Assembly (NCBI RefSeq): GCF_041146345.1 | Contig: NW_027191414.1 | Span: 992,001 to 1,056,000, forward strand | Direction: 5' to 3' | Source of the DNA: Neodothiora populina | Lineage: Eukaryota | Length of the DNA: 64,000 nucleotides | Part shown: in pieces, positions 47,501-60,808 of the stretch | Layout: the number at the start of each line of letters is the position of its first letter | How positions within the stretch are numbered: position 1 is the stretch's first letter | The notes under the pieces: model-generated | Told to the model about the DNA's origin: nothing | Database searches by the model: none | What the model saw: the letters and a program-made list of their open reading frames with translations, nothing else | Made by a program: the position numbers and the translations under genes

Positions 47501-50500
47501 AGTTGAACGACCCCTTCCCTGTCGTGGAGAAGGTACTGGCCGCCTACCCTGGAGCGAAGGAGCAGCTGATCAACGCTCAAGATGTTCAGCATTTCCTCTT
47601 GCTCTGTCAACGCCGAGGCCAGAAGCCTGTGCCTTTCGTTCCGGTCCTGGACGAGACTTTCGAGTTCTTCTTCAAGAAGGACTCTCTCTGGCAGTCCGAA
47701 GACTTGCAAGCCGTTGTCGACCAAGATGTCGGCAGAACTTGTATCCTCCAAGGACCCATGTCGGTCAAGTACTCGACCAAGGTCGATGAGCCTGTCAAGG
47801 AGATCCTTGACGGCGTTCATGAGGGTCACATCAAGATGTTGCTCCAGGACAAGTACGGAGGAGATGAGTCCAAAATCCCAGTCTCTGAATACTTTGGCGG
47901 AAAACTTCTTGAGGCCAGCGACGATGTGGATGTCGAGGGTCTTACCATCTCTGAGCTCAAGGACAAGGTTATCTACCGTCTTTCAGCCGCGCCCAGTGCA
48001 ACTCTGCCTGACGTGGACTCATGGATGTCTCTTCTAGCTGGCAAGGTTTACTCTTGGAGACACGCATTCTTCACCGCAGATGTCTTCATCCAGGGACAGA
48101 GATTCCAGACCAACCCCATGCACCGTATCTTCGCACCTACCCCTGGCATGATGGTTGAGATCAGCCATCCCGAAGACCCGAAGAAGACGGTAATCAGCGT
48201 CAAGGAGCCTCAGCAGAGCGGCAAGTTTGTCCATACTGTTGAGGTCGGCCCTCTCGCCGATGGCGTGATCGCTGTTCAGCTCATTGAGGATCGCACCGCC
48301 ACTCACTCGCCGGTCCCATTGACCTTCAAGTTCACCTACCACCCTGAGACTGGTTACGCTCCTATCAGAGAGGTCATGGAGGGTCGTAACGACCGTATCA
48401 AGGAGTTCTACTACAAGATCTGGTTTGGCACCAGTGATGTTCCTTTTGATGTTCCTGTTACTTCTCGCTTCGATGGAGGCAGGGCAACTGTCACGAGCGA
48501 GGCGATCAACGATTTCGTGCACGCCGTTGGAAACACCGGCGAGGCTTTCGTTGACCGTCCTGGCAAGGAAGTCTTTGCACCCATGGATTTCGCTATCGTT
48601 GTTGGCTGGCAAGCTATCACCAAGCCCATCTTCCCCCGCACCATTGATGGTGACCTCCTCAAGCTCGTCCATCTCTCCAATGGTTTCCGTATGATCCCCG
48701 GTGCTGCGCCTTTGAAGAAGGGAGATGTCTTGGACACGACGGCCGAGGTCAACGCTGTTATCAACCAAGCTTCTGGCAAGATGGTCGAGGTCTGTGGTAC
48801 CATCACCCGCAACGGTGAGCCTGTCATGGAAGTCACCAGTCAATTCCTCTACCGTGGTGCGTACACGGACTATGAGAACACCTTCCAGAGGAAGAACGAG
48901 AAGCCTATGCAGATCCACCTTGCCACTTCCAAGGACGTCGCGGTGCTTCAATCCAAGGAATGGTTCCGCCTCGAGGACGATGACATCGACTTGTTGGACC
49001 AGACCTTGACATTCCGTCTGCAGACCCTGAACCGCTACAAGAACCAGACTGTGTTCAGCTCCGTCGAGACTATCGGTAAGGTCGAGCTTGAATTGCCAAC
49101 TAAGGAGGTCATCCAGATCGCATCCGTCGAATACGAGGCTGGTGCGTCTCACGGTAACCCTGTTGTCGACTACCTCCAGCGTTTCGGCACCACTATCGAC
49201 CAAGCTGTCAACTTCGAAAACCCCATTCCTCTGAACGGAAAGACTCCACTCGAGCTGAAGGCGCCCTCGTCCAACGAGACTTACGCCAAGGTTTCTGGGG
49301 ACTACAACCCCATTCACGTGTCGCGTGTATTCTCCAAGTACGCCAACCTACCTGGCACCATCACACACGGCATGTTCTCCAGTGCCGCAGTCAGAAGCTT
49401 GGTCGAGACATGGGCTGCCGAGAACAACATCGGTCGTGTCCGTAGTTTCCACGCCAACCTGGTTGGTATGGTTCTTCCCGACGACACGATCGAGGTCAAG
49501 CTTCAGCACGTTGGTATGGTGTCCGGCCGCAAGATCATCAAGGTCGAGGCCGCCAACAAGGAGACCGAAGAGAAGGTCTTGCTTGGTGAGGCTGAGGTCG
49601 AGCAACCCGTGTCCGCATATGTCTTCACCGGACAAGGTTCGCAAGAACAAGGCATGGGTATGGAGCTGTATGCAAGCAGCCCCGTAGCAAAGGAGGTCTG
49701 GGACAGAGCCGATAAGCATTTCTTGGACAACTATGGTAAGCATGATTCGATTTACATTCATCGATTTAACGTGACTAACAAAAGTGCTCACCAGGCTTCG
49801 CCATTACAAATATTGTCAAGAACAACCCCAAGGAGCTCACCATTCACTTTGGTGGTCCTCGCGGCAAGGCCATTCGTCAAAACTACATGTCCATGACCTT
49901 CGAGACTGTCCGAGCAGATGGTAGCATCAAGTCGGAGAAGATCTTCAAGGAGATTGATGAGACGACTACTTCATACACCTACCGCTCGCCCACCGGTCTC
50001 CTATCTGCCACCCAGTTCACTCAGCCCGCCCTTACTCTCATGGAGAAGGCATCTTTCGAAGACATGCTTTCCAAGGGTGTTGTGCAACGGGATAGCAGTT
50101 TCGCCGGTCACTCCCTCGGAGAATACTCTGCCCTTGCAGCGTTGGCCGAGGTCATGCCCATCGAGAGCTTGGTGTCCGTCGTGTTCTATCGTGGTCTTAC
50201 CATGCAAGTCGCTGTAGAGAGAGACGAGGCAGGCCGATCCAACTACTCCATGTGTGCTGTCAACCCGTCACGCATCTCCAAGACCTTCAACGAGCAGGCT
50301 CTCCAATACGTCGTTGAGAACATCGCTGAGACTACCGGCTGGCTACTCGAGATTGTCAACTACAACATTGCCAACATGCAATACGTCGCTGCAGGTGACT
50401 TGCGTGCTCTCGACTGCCTGACCAATGTTCTCAACTACCTCAAGGCACAGAAGATCGACATCCAACAGTTGATGCAGACCATCTCCTTGGAGGACGTCAA

Positions 50501-50864
50501 GGCCCACCTCACTGAGATCATCAAGGAGTGCGCCAAGCAGACAGAGGCTAAGCCCAAGCCTCTCGACCTCCAGCGTGGCTTCGCTACCATCCCTCTCAAG
50601 GGTATCGACGTGCCCTTCCATAGCACCTTCTTGCGCTCTGGAGTCAAGCCTTTCCGATCTTTCTTGCTCAAGAAGATCAACAAGACCAGCATTGACCCGA
50701 GCAAGCTCGTTGGCAAGTACATCCCCAACGTGACGGCTAAGCCTTTCGAGATCACTAAGGAGTACTTCGAGGATGTGTACAAGTTGACCAACAGCCCCAA
50801 GATTGGAGCCATCCTGGCCAACTGGGAGAAGTACGAGAGCGACCAGGCCGCTCCGGCCGCTTGA
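44557..50864 (+). CDS. FAS1: Fatty acid synthase beta subunit (AT-ER-DH-MPT), 2 exons
   Basis: [41 protein letters not shown] and [22 protein letters not shown] and AGHSLGEY. Intron 49736..49794 restores frame. Confidence 0.98.
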
Positions 50865-51164
50865 GCTTTGCTTTGAACTTTAGATGATGAGTTAGAAGTT
50901 TATTCCCCACAATGTTAGATAATGAGTCGAGTGGGGGGAGGTTCCAGACGAGAGAGAGCTTTGGCACTGATGGCTTTATCTGTCAATAACTTTGCTACGT
51001 CTGTTTTTGCATGATATGGAGGGGTTACTGTATGTCTTGAACTTAAGGTGTTTTTCCGTGGGCATATTGGGGGAGAGGGATTCCAACACAAATGCCCATT
51101 ATATACGCCTTTTTACTATTTCACAGACCAGCTAGCTGCGTGTATGATTGCGTTTTGTTTCTGT

Positions 51165-52700
51165 TCAACTCTCGAAGTCGTGTTTGTTGACGTAGATGAG
51201 CGCGTGTAGAAATATTACAATCTTCCAATAACCACGTTTCTTCTTACTTCGATCTGATAACGACGGCGAAAGCGACCCCCGAGCGCATAGTAGTGCACTG
51301 TCACAAAACGAAAAGATACTCGATCTCTCTATCGCAAATACGGTATCCTCGAGCATCTCAACCAGATATCTCAAATATCATCTAGAGCCAGAACCAGATA
51401 TCCAAAGGCTAGAAGACAGGTGTATCAGACGATCAATCTCAAGCTTTAGTTTAGTCTATCCACTCTTGCCTCGATATTCTAAAAGTTTTCTAGACAGCGT
51501 ACTGTATCTACCTTTCTCCCACCCTTGTTCATCACCCGTTTTGTTCGTGCGTCGCACGTACGATTTGTGATGAGGTTATACAGTACAGCGAACTTTGGTC
51601 TTGGGGTCTGAGGTAAGTATGTAATGTAATGTAAGATACAATAGGAACCTAGCTATCTATTTACAGTACCCGTCTTATGCAATCATCATCACGAAGAAGC
51701 CGCAGCTTGCTTGGGAAGTCTTCGTCCTGTCTTCATCTCGAACGCTTGGTCTGGCACACTGTACGCTACGTGCTACGGCGTTCTGAATATATGCTACGCT
51801 CTGAACATGTGCTTGGCTCTGCTACAGCACGAACGTGAAGATGAATCATGAAGCGGCGAGCAGGCTCGTCTACTCGATTTTCGACTTGCGACTTTGACCT
51901 TTCAACTTCCTAACTTTCAGCTTCCAACTTTCGACTTTCGGTCTTCTAAACTAATCTGATAGTGGATGTCTAGTCGGAATTGAAGTTTCTTCAGTAGCGC
52001 TAGTATATTCATCTACATTCATGAGCGAATGTTCATTAGGCGTCACGTCATCTAGGTTGTAGTTAGATAGGTGGTCTTGTGACTATAGCTGGAGTACTAG
52101 CGAGTTGTTCATCACTTGTTTTGTTCTAGATTCTAAGCTTGAACTCTGTTTGTCTGTCTTTCTTATTCGGCTGGGAATGCTGATTGGTTTAGCTAGATTG
52201 TATTTGCTAGGGATGGGTCGCTTTTTCGTGTGACGGGGTATTTTTAGCTTTCTTTGCTAGTCAATATCAGAGGCTTTCTATAGCTGCGTGGGCTAGGTCG
52301 AATGTATAGACAGAGATTTCAGGGATGTATAAGGAGGTGATCCGTGTAGAGCACTTTAGGTTTGTTGAGGGCATAAGTTCACTGGGTGCGACTATCTGTT
52401 TTATACTCGATCAAACTTCGCTTTGGTAGAGAAAGAAGAGCAGATGGAAGAGACATATAACTTGATTTCGGCATCGGCTAGCGATATACGGGTATTGTAC
52501 TTGTTGCTGTGTTCATACCAAGGAATAGAGACTGAAGAAGAGAGAAAAAAAACCATTGTCTCGTTCGAGTTCCACGGTAATCGTGAGAGACTGATGAAGA
52601 CAGAAAAATTATGCTGGAGAAAAGACATCCTTTGTAAGCCAGAGCCATTCTTCTTTGCTCCGGTCTCGGCTTAAAAGAGGCATAGTGAAAAAGAAAAAGT
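51165..52700 (-). pseudogene. Degenerate coding/repeat relic with RIP-like C-to-T damage (boundaries approximate)
   Basis: Visibly TpA/CTAG-rich. Minus-strand frames are interrupted by TAG/TGA codons that C-to-T changes from CAG/CGA would explain. No recognisable domain. Confidence 0.4.
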
Positions 52701-52753
52701 AATGGAAGGGGCAATGCAGTGATTCACCCCCGAATTCAGAAGTCTTGTCGCCT

Positions 52754-54422
52754 TCAGTGTAGTGTCATCACCATCTGGATCTTCCTGACCTCGTCGGTAT
52801 TAACTTCGAGAAGAGACTTGCAAATTGCCCACCAGGCCTCGTCGAAGATGACATTCAAGGGCAAGGATTGAAAGTTGAACAGCTTGTGCTCTTCCGGCCT
52901 GAGAGGCCCCATGATCAGTTGGGTACCAACCAGCGAGATCGTCTTTACTTCAGCCGTCTCCTCTCCTTGATCAAGGTCGTTGTTAAGTCCGCCTGAGCAT
53001 AGCTTTATGTACTCTTGCAGAGCATCATCCGCTTGCTTACTGGTGATACAATCGGATAGAGCAGCAGGGAACAAGCTCATTCTATCGTCGTAGCTGCGAA
53101 CAAAGAGGGAAGTCCTAGCTAGTCGCGCTTGAAGGCGCTCCTCGTAAGGTATATCCTCTTGAGGGTCAGGATCTGATGGTGTAGGTCTATCTCGTCTCGT
53201 TGTGTATGATGTGTTGCCACGGCTGCTACCAGACCGGTACGTCGCCGAGAGCGGGTTCACGGAAAGGTTCTCATGTCCTGCTCTGCTTATTGGCGCCCGT
53301 TGCTCCTTGACGAACTCAACATCGACAATATCAACTGGACGGCTTGTTTCGTTGGCTGGGGCAGCGCTATCTACTGCGGTTGAGCGGCCAATTGCTGGTG
53401 TACGTTCGTGAACCGAAGTCCGCTGTCCCATCCCATGGCTTCGATTGTCTGCAGGTTCTACTGGACCAGCATGTGCTTCTCTCATTTCTGATTCATTTGC
53501 GCCACTGACTTGTTGAGGCTGGCGAGCTGCGGGTGGCATAGGATCTCGTGGCAATGATTCGCTGCCGATCACAGGCTGTCTTTCATCGCGGAGAGGAGCT
53601 GCTGAAAGTTTACCAGCTGCCAGAGCGCGTAGCTTAGGAACAGGGAGCTTGAGGTGCACAACACGAGACAGATTTGGAAACGTACCATTTGCGGGGCTGT
53701 CTTCAACGGATCCTGCTCGAGCTCGATTCGCTCTCTTGGATGGCCCAGCGATTGGAACAGACTGGTAAAAGTGACCTCGTTTCCTGGAGTCCCTAGAAGG
53801 GTGACTAGTGTACTCCATATCGTCGCTTTTGGTACGCTTGGGCTTCGAAGCAGATTTGCCAGAGCTCTTACGTTTTGGCTTTCTCTGAGAGGTCGATGTG
53901 CCGTGGTCATTCTCGTGGTTTGTCTGGTATCTCATACACTTGATTCTTAGCAGCTTGACGAAATCGGCTTCGACCCTACAACGCACTTGTCAGATGCAAA
54001 ATGGCACTATCAAGATTTGCGCCACCTTACCTGTCTCGATGCTCCGGGAAGACAATACTCGTACCAGCGAACTGCCAGTATCGATCATTAGGCTTAGTAG
54101 GATCGGGTGCAGGCCATAGTGATGGACCATATCTTTCGAGCAATCCTGTGATGTCGGACAAAAGCGACTTGTTCGTCTCCATGTCCTTATTGTCAAGATG
54201 AATCCATCTTTCGTTCGTCTCCTGCACTTCACGTAGAAGGCCTTCTATTTCGGGACTCTTATACAGGGATGCATCCTTGCCATGGATCAGGCCTCTGAGG
54301 CCAAGGCGCGTGCATATATCGACTTGGCTTTCAGGGGATCTTGTAGTTGTTAGCAGAAAATTGATTCAACGGCAAAAGGACTTTAGATCGTCGGCATACG
54401 ACTTGAGGCTCACGGCTGACAT
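52754..54422 (-). CDS. Hypothetical (orphan-like) protein, 3 exons
   Basis: ATG 54422. Introns 54340..54399 (GTATGC...CTAAC...AAG) and 53976..54030 (GTAAGG...CTGAC...TAG) link the pieces in frame to ORF 52754..53986. Basic NLS-like RKPKRK. Confidence 0.7.
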
Positions 54423-54982
54423 AGTAGCTGTCGGATGGTGTGAACCTTCGAGGGTACAGCAGTCTTCTTGACAGTTGCGATTGTTCGAGCAACGTGCAAG
54501 TAGTATCTTCCAGCCGGGGAAGACATATTTGCTGTTATAGTACGTGACTGCCTAGCTTGACTTAGGTTAAAGTCATTCAGGGAGGAGTAGTTGAGACGTA
54601 CACTTTATTGGAAACAATATAAACTTCTTGTCAATCCAATCACATGAAATCATATGCTGACCGCCAACCTTGTCATAACAAGGCCATCAATTTCTACATC
54701 TATCGATGTTCCGCGTAAAAACAGATTGCTAAGCGCCGTGTTTGCTGGAAGTTGGTGGCGTGATCGAAGCATGGAAGCTGCCCCCCCAGAAATTTAGGGC
54801 GTCTTACGACTCACATCCAGATAGATGGTGCATTCGTAGGCCATCTTCTAGATGCATGCTAGATGGATATCTCCCACAGAACTAAGAGCAAGAACTCCAG
54901 CGTTCTGGAGCAAGTGGTATTACAGCGACGAGCAGATTTACATTGTTGAAGTATTGATTCATTCCTCATCATAGTGTTCCTC

Positions 54983-56662
54983 TCAACCATCAATGTCGCC
55001 TTGTGAGTCAGTCGTGTTAGATTTTGGGCAGCCGTCAGGCTGCGGCGCCCTCAAAACGTCCAACCCTCTTCTTATCAGAGCCCCTTTCACGGCATCAGGC
55101 CGAGAAGTGTAAAGGACATTGATTAGAGCTAAGCTTGTGGTGAATAGTATCACATCGCCGCCCTTCATGCCTCTCCACCAACCTCTCTTGATGCCGACCT
55201 TCCATAACGAATCTATGCTCAAGCGCGCTGAGTAAAGGAAGGTACTGCGTTCGCCTCTGCGTGCCACGAATGCGAAGAGGCCGCCGAGGAAACCACTCAG
55301 AAGCCAGCGCTGGGTGGCAAGAAAGTTGCGAGGTAGGTAGTTTGCGAAAAGACAGATGCTGCCCCAGGATGTCCCGATGGCTCCAGTCAGAAACAGAGTC
55401 ATCCTAAGAATTCGCAGAGCCAAAGAGTTGAGAAAGCTCTTCGGATCAGCGAGCATAGATTTCCAAGAGAACAAGGCAAAGGTTGCATAAAGCACAGTAA
55501 AAGTGCGAGCATTGCTAGGAAATGCCGCTAAGAAATACTTCAAATATGTTCTAGTACAGGATGGATCATGCGGGTGAAGCAAGGCACATGACGTGTGTTG
55601 TGTGCTGGGGTGCGCAGGTGAGTATATCGGTGCGAGATTCGAAATGGCCGGGAGAGACTGTCTAGCGCCAGGAAATAGGATCGGCGAGACGAAGGCAGGC
55701 CAGCGGGACTTGGACAGGATAGCAAGACCATCCACGACTTGCAACTCGCTAGGCCAGAACTTGTCCTTGGGGTACGTTGACGGACGGTGTTGCACATACT
55801 CAGGGCTGCGCTTTAGTATGGAGCTGCCATAGTTCGCAGGGAAGCAGTCGCGGTCAAAGACAAACGCATGTAGCAACTGCGCACATGCGAATGGCATTAT
55901 CAGCCAGCTACCTAGCCAACTAGGCTTCCCTCTCGCACCCCACACACCCATCTCCTCAGCTGCATTGTATGCAAATTCTAACGCGCGGCTGAAGGTGTAA
56001 ATTGCAACACTAATTCTCAGCTGGGATTTCGGGCAGATACCAAGAGACAAACCGGACAATGCAGCGCCTATCGCAGGATAGTGTAGTGATGTAAGAATCT
56101 GGGCGATTCGTGGGTTACGCCGTCTAAAAGGGCTTGCAGATGCCTCGAGTAGCGAAGTACGAAGGCGCAACAAAAATCGGTGCAGGAGACGATGGAAGAC
56201 GAGTATGAGTGCCAGTGAAGCTGAGATACGACAACTAGCAGCTCGAGTCCCACGATTTGTATTTTGCCGACTGTAGTCTTTCAGTCAAGATGTTCATGTG
56301 GATAGCCCTCATCACTCTGTTGATTTGTCTTACCTTCTGGATCCTTGTCGCCATGCTGTGATTCTGCGCATGACATAATCCCAGCCCTGGAAGCCAACGT
56401 AGGCCGCAGTGAAGATTCTCAAGGCTAAGCGTACTGTTGTGACATTGAAATCACTGCCGCTTTGATGCTCAACAATTGCTTCATACCTCCGTGGTTGTGG
56501 TGTGCGCTTCCTGGTTGCCGACGTCCGCGATAGCAGGTACTCGTGCAATAGTCTATACTCTCTGGCGCTGACCGTGTATCTCAGCGCGTTCTGGAGGATG
56601 GGATCTATGTGCGGCTTACTGCCCTTGTCACTAGAGTCTGAGCTAGAAACAGACGACGCCAT
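54983..56662 (-). CDS. TMEM135-like integral membrane protein, 2 exons
   Basis: DPILQNALRYTVSAREY, intron 56271..56333, AQLLHAFVFDRDCFP, CALLHPHDPSC, GAIGTSWGSIC, multiple TM segments. Confidence 0.75.
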
Positions 56663-57953
56663 ATCTTCTCTTATTATGGTCATCAGTATGGGCTTTGCAC
56701 ATTGATATTGACACCGTTCAGAACAGTGAACAGGGTTATTCGAAGACTGCGCAACCACCCGACCGTGAACTCCTCGATCTTATAGGGGAAGAAACAAGGG
56801 GGGCCGTTGCCTCTCTTACCCCAGCGGCACGCGTTGGAGCATAAACAATTGGGGCATAAGCCGAGGCTCTTTTCGGAGTTCTTGGCAGTGTCTAAAAGCA
56901 ATGAGAGGTGAGAGATAGATGCAAGTAGGGTACCTCTAGGCCAGCAGACTGTACTGTTGATGTTGTACTCTTCATCTCTGATGGCCCGTTGCTCGTGGTG
57001 GACAGCAGCACGATATGTGCAGCAGCACCGAACTGGAGGTCCGTGTTCAATGGAGTAACAGGATATATCACTATTCAAGGTGGTGACTAGCACCTCCTCA
57101 CTAAGAGCGTGCACTTTAGAGCTTGTCTGCCACGAGATGGATCTGACATGAATCACAGGCGATCGTCTCCAGATTATGAACGCTACAGACCAATACTGGT
57201 CTTGTCAGAATGGACGATGATGAGTGTGACAAGTGCCAATCTCCACTAAATCCCTGCGTAAGTTGCATACCCAACACGGTACGCATCTCTCGACCTTCAA
57301 AAGCAGAATGCAGTCACTCCGGGTCTGGCCAGCTTGAAAAGTCGTACACGTCAAGGGACAGACCATGCTCTGAGCCACACTTGATAGTAGGTGATGTTGA
57401 ACGTTTATGGTCGCTTGCGTTCGCATACATTGTCTAAACACCTTGCAGCCTTCGCCATGTTGTGGTGCCGAGCCACAAAGCTTGACGCAGCTGCCACAAG
57501 CAGAGAAGCATCCGAGGTAACTGAATCTACTGTAGTAGGGACATCGAGGTTACCACGTATTAAGCCCGAAATCTCTTTGCACAATAGTAGAATACTCTCT
57601 AGTTAGTTTACAGAATAATTCAGATAAGGTATAGTAATGTATGCAAGGGACAATTACAAAGGGATCTGGCCTGATAGACAACGTGAATGTGGTACATTAA
57701 CTGCCCACTCAGATGTAGAGGCACGGGTCACTTTCGCATCGCCACCTCTAGCTCTGGCATGCCCTGGGCTTAGAAACTTGGCTCAAGGCAATCACATGTG
57801 TGAGTCGACGTCATGGCTTTCTGGTTGTATTTGACAACAATTCAGGTCGTGAGGGGTTCTTAAGTCCTTCCCCTCAGCATCTACTCACACAACCAGCCTC
57901 ATTCACAAACACACACCAATCAAACAAATTCCATCACCACACTCTATTCCAAA

Positions 57954-58860
57954 ATGTCAAGCACCGTTCACGTTAAGGGCATCTCCAAGCAGACGAGCGA
58001 GAAGGAAGTCCGCGACTTCTTCTCTTTCTGGTACGTTGCAAAGTCTCCTCACTCAGCTATGCATCCCCATTTGCTAACGACTTATCAGTGGCAAGATCCA
58101 GTCGCTCTCAGTCACCCCCGAGTCAGATTCGCCTGACAGCACTCAATCTGCTGCCGTCACTTTCGAGAAGGAGACTGCGGCCAAGACAGCCCTTCTGTTG
58201 GACAACACCCAGCTTGGCTTAGCCCAAGTCAGCGTCACCTCTGCCGCCTCGCTCGATCAGATCGCAGGCAGCAAGTCAGCTGGTTCTGGTGAGGATGCAT
58301 CGGGCGAGCACATCGCACAGGAGGACAAGCCTCGCTCTCGCATTGTTGCCGAGTACCTCGCCCATGGCTACACTATCAGCGACAAGGCTATCGAAAAGGC
58401 AATCGCCCTCGACAACCAACACGGCGTCAGCAGCCGCTTCATGTCTGCTCTCAACAACTTCGACAGCAAGTACAAGGCGACCGAGAAGGCCCAAGCCGTC
58501 GACACAAAGTACGGTGTCTCTCAGAAGGCAAGTGCTGGCTGGGGCAGCCTGAACTCATACTTCGAGAAGGCTCTGGGCACACCCACCGGTCAGAAGCTCA
58601 GATCATTCTACGAGCAAGGCAACAAGCAAGTCCTCGATGTCCACAACGAGGCACGTCACTTGGCCAACCTCAAGACTGGCAAGCAGGACCTCCACTCTGT
58701 TGGTGGTGGCAAGACGCAGTGCAACTGCGGTTCTGTCTCTGGACAGTGCCCATGTGCTCCCGGAAGCTGTGCGTGTGCGAGCTGTGCCAAGAACACCGAC
58801 GAGACCACCGCCGGTGGTGCAACCAAGGAGGCAGTCGCCGAGGAGGGAAAGGCCCAGTAA
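57954..58860 (+). CDS. vip1: Vip1-like RRM protein, 2 exons
   Basis: TVHVKGIS...EVRDFFSFC|GKI (intron 58031..58088), VTFEKETAAKTALLLDNTQL, QEDKPRSRIVAEYLAHGY, VLDVHNEARHLA. Confidence 0.88.
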
Positions 58861-59574
58861 AGGATCGTTGATTCTGCAAATGGCATAAAGCCGTTTCCGG
58901 GTTCGAGGCATTCTATCATGGCTTACGAAACACAAAAAAGAATTGGCGCTTTGCAGGAATGCGAGTTGAGTTGGTGGGGGATATTGTTTTCAGAAGGATC
59001 GTCCTCTTTGCGATTATGATACCAGCGTGTACCAGTAGCGCAGCATGATTTTACGTAGCACCTCAGTTATCAGTATTACTCTGAGTTTGCAACCTCTACT
59101 CGTGGCTCATGTTGTAGTTGTACGTTCAAATCATATATGTCACGCTAGAGAAGTCCCAATCAGTCCTCCACCTGGCACCGCAACGACAGCCACATTGATA
59201 GCCTCGATGGTTACCTTGAGTCGACTGATTAAGGGCGAGGCCAAGGATAGTGAAATGATATATTAACATTGTACGACACAGCACTTTTGTCTAGCCGAAG
59301 TTTACTGTGGATGTGCTAGAGTACTGTACAGTACAGCAACCCATGCGCGTAGACGTATCCGGTTTAGCGTCAATCAGCGCCAAGAGCTTTCTGGCTGCTG
59401 CATCATCAACAGGCAAGCGCAACGCTTCAGGACATCCACTGACTCCATCTACAATACCTCTCTATCATCCCATCATCATCGTCATCTCACCTCTTCTCAT
59501 CTCATCAGTGTTCTCCGGCATTCGAGTGTTTTCAAGAGTCAAGGAAGCTTACCCACACCCCAAGTGTCGGCGCC

Positions 59575-60808
59575 ATGGAGCTCGACACGTTCTACCACAA
59601 TAAGATCGAGGGCATGAAGCTCGAGATCATCCAGCGTCAAGCCATCCTGCGCAGACTAGAAGCACAACGAAATGACTACAACTCGAGGGTGCGGCTGCTC
59701 CGCGAAGAGCTAGGGCTATTGCAGCAGCCTGGCTCATATGTCGGTGAGGTCGTGAAAGTGATGAGCACGAAGAAGGTGCTCGTGAAGGTACACCCCGAAG
59801 GCAAATACGGTACGTTCGATCAAGCATATGTGCCATGCGCCTCTGTTCCAGAAGCTGACAATCACTTGTCTAGTCGTTGATGTCGCCGATGATATCGACA
59901 TTTCCAAGCTCACGGCTGGCAAACGCGTGACCCTTCTCTCGGACTCTTATAAGCTCTCCTCGCTTCTCCCTTCTTCGGTCGACCCGCTGGTATCGCTCAT
60001 GATGGTGGAGAAGGTTCCCGACAGCACATACGACATGATAGGAGGACTGGACGAGCAGATCAAGCAAATCAAGGAGGTCATCGAGCTTGGTCTCAAACAC
60101 CCGGAGCTGTTCGAGTCTCTTGGTATCGCACAGCCCAAGGGTGTGCTCTTGTACGGTCCTCCCGGCACAGGAAAAACCCTCCTAGCAAGAGCTGTGGCAC
60201 ATCACACGGACTGCAAGTTTATCAGAGTGTCCGGATCAGAGCTGGTGCAAAAGTACATTGGAGAAGGATCACGAATGGTGCGAGAACTGTTCATCATGGC
60301 GCGTGACCACGCCCCCAGCATTATTTTCATGGACGAAATCGACAGTATTGGTTCATCGCGTGTGGAGGGATCGAGCGGAGGCGACAGTGAGGTGCAACGG
60401 ACCATGTTGGAACTGCTGAACCAGTTGGACGGATTCGAGCCCACCAAGAACATCAAGATTATCATGGCCACCAATCGTCTGGACATTCTAGATCCTGCAC
60501 TTCTCAGACCTGGACGTATCGACCGCAAGATCGAGTTCCCACCTCCAACCGTCGAAGCAAGAGCAGACATTCTCCGAATCCACAGTCGGTCAATGAACCT
60601 GACCAGAGGCATCAACCTCAGCAAGATCGCCGAGAAGATGAACGGCTGCTCCGGAGCCGAGCTCAAGGGTGTATGTACCGAGGCGGGTATGTTCGCGCTG
60701 AGGGAGAGAAGAGTACACGTGACACAAGAGGACTTCGACCTGGCCACGGCAAAGGTGCTCAACAGGCACGACGATCAAGCCACCAGTCTGGCAAAGTTAT
60801 GGAAGTAG
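59575..60808 (+). CDS. RPT6: 26S proteasome AAA-ATPase subunit Rpt6, 2 exons
   Basis: [32 protein letters not shown] (intron 59810..59873), [16 protein letters not shown], Walker A GPPGTGKT, Walker B IIFMDEID, ends KLWK. Confidence 0.97.

Noticed and set aside
37828..49317. Long antisense ORFs (448, 460 and 427 aa) opposite FAS2/FAS1
   Set aside because: Expected shadow of strong codon bias in highly expressed genes; no recognisable motifs.
49730..49900. Apparent frameshift splitting FAS1 (and similar splits in FAS2, TFG1, RPT6 and the carboxypeptidase)
   Set aside because: All are resolved by canonical GT-AG introns with branch points; they are not pseudogenes or programmed frameshifts.
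32151..56662. FAS pair as the core of a secondary-metabolite cluster
   Set aside because: Canonical primary-metabolism FAS sequences with strong codon bias, and no PKS, NRPS, tailoring enzymes, transporter or cluster transcription factor nearby.
56683..57834. ORFs in the TMEM135-like/Vip1 divergent interval
   Set aside because: Short, without recognisable features, and located in a presumptive shared promoter.
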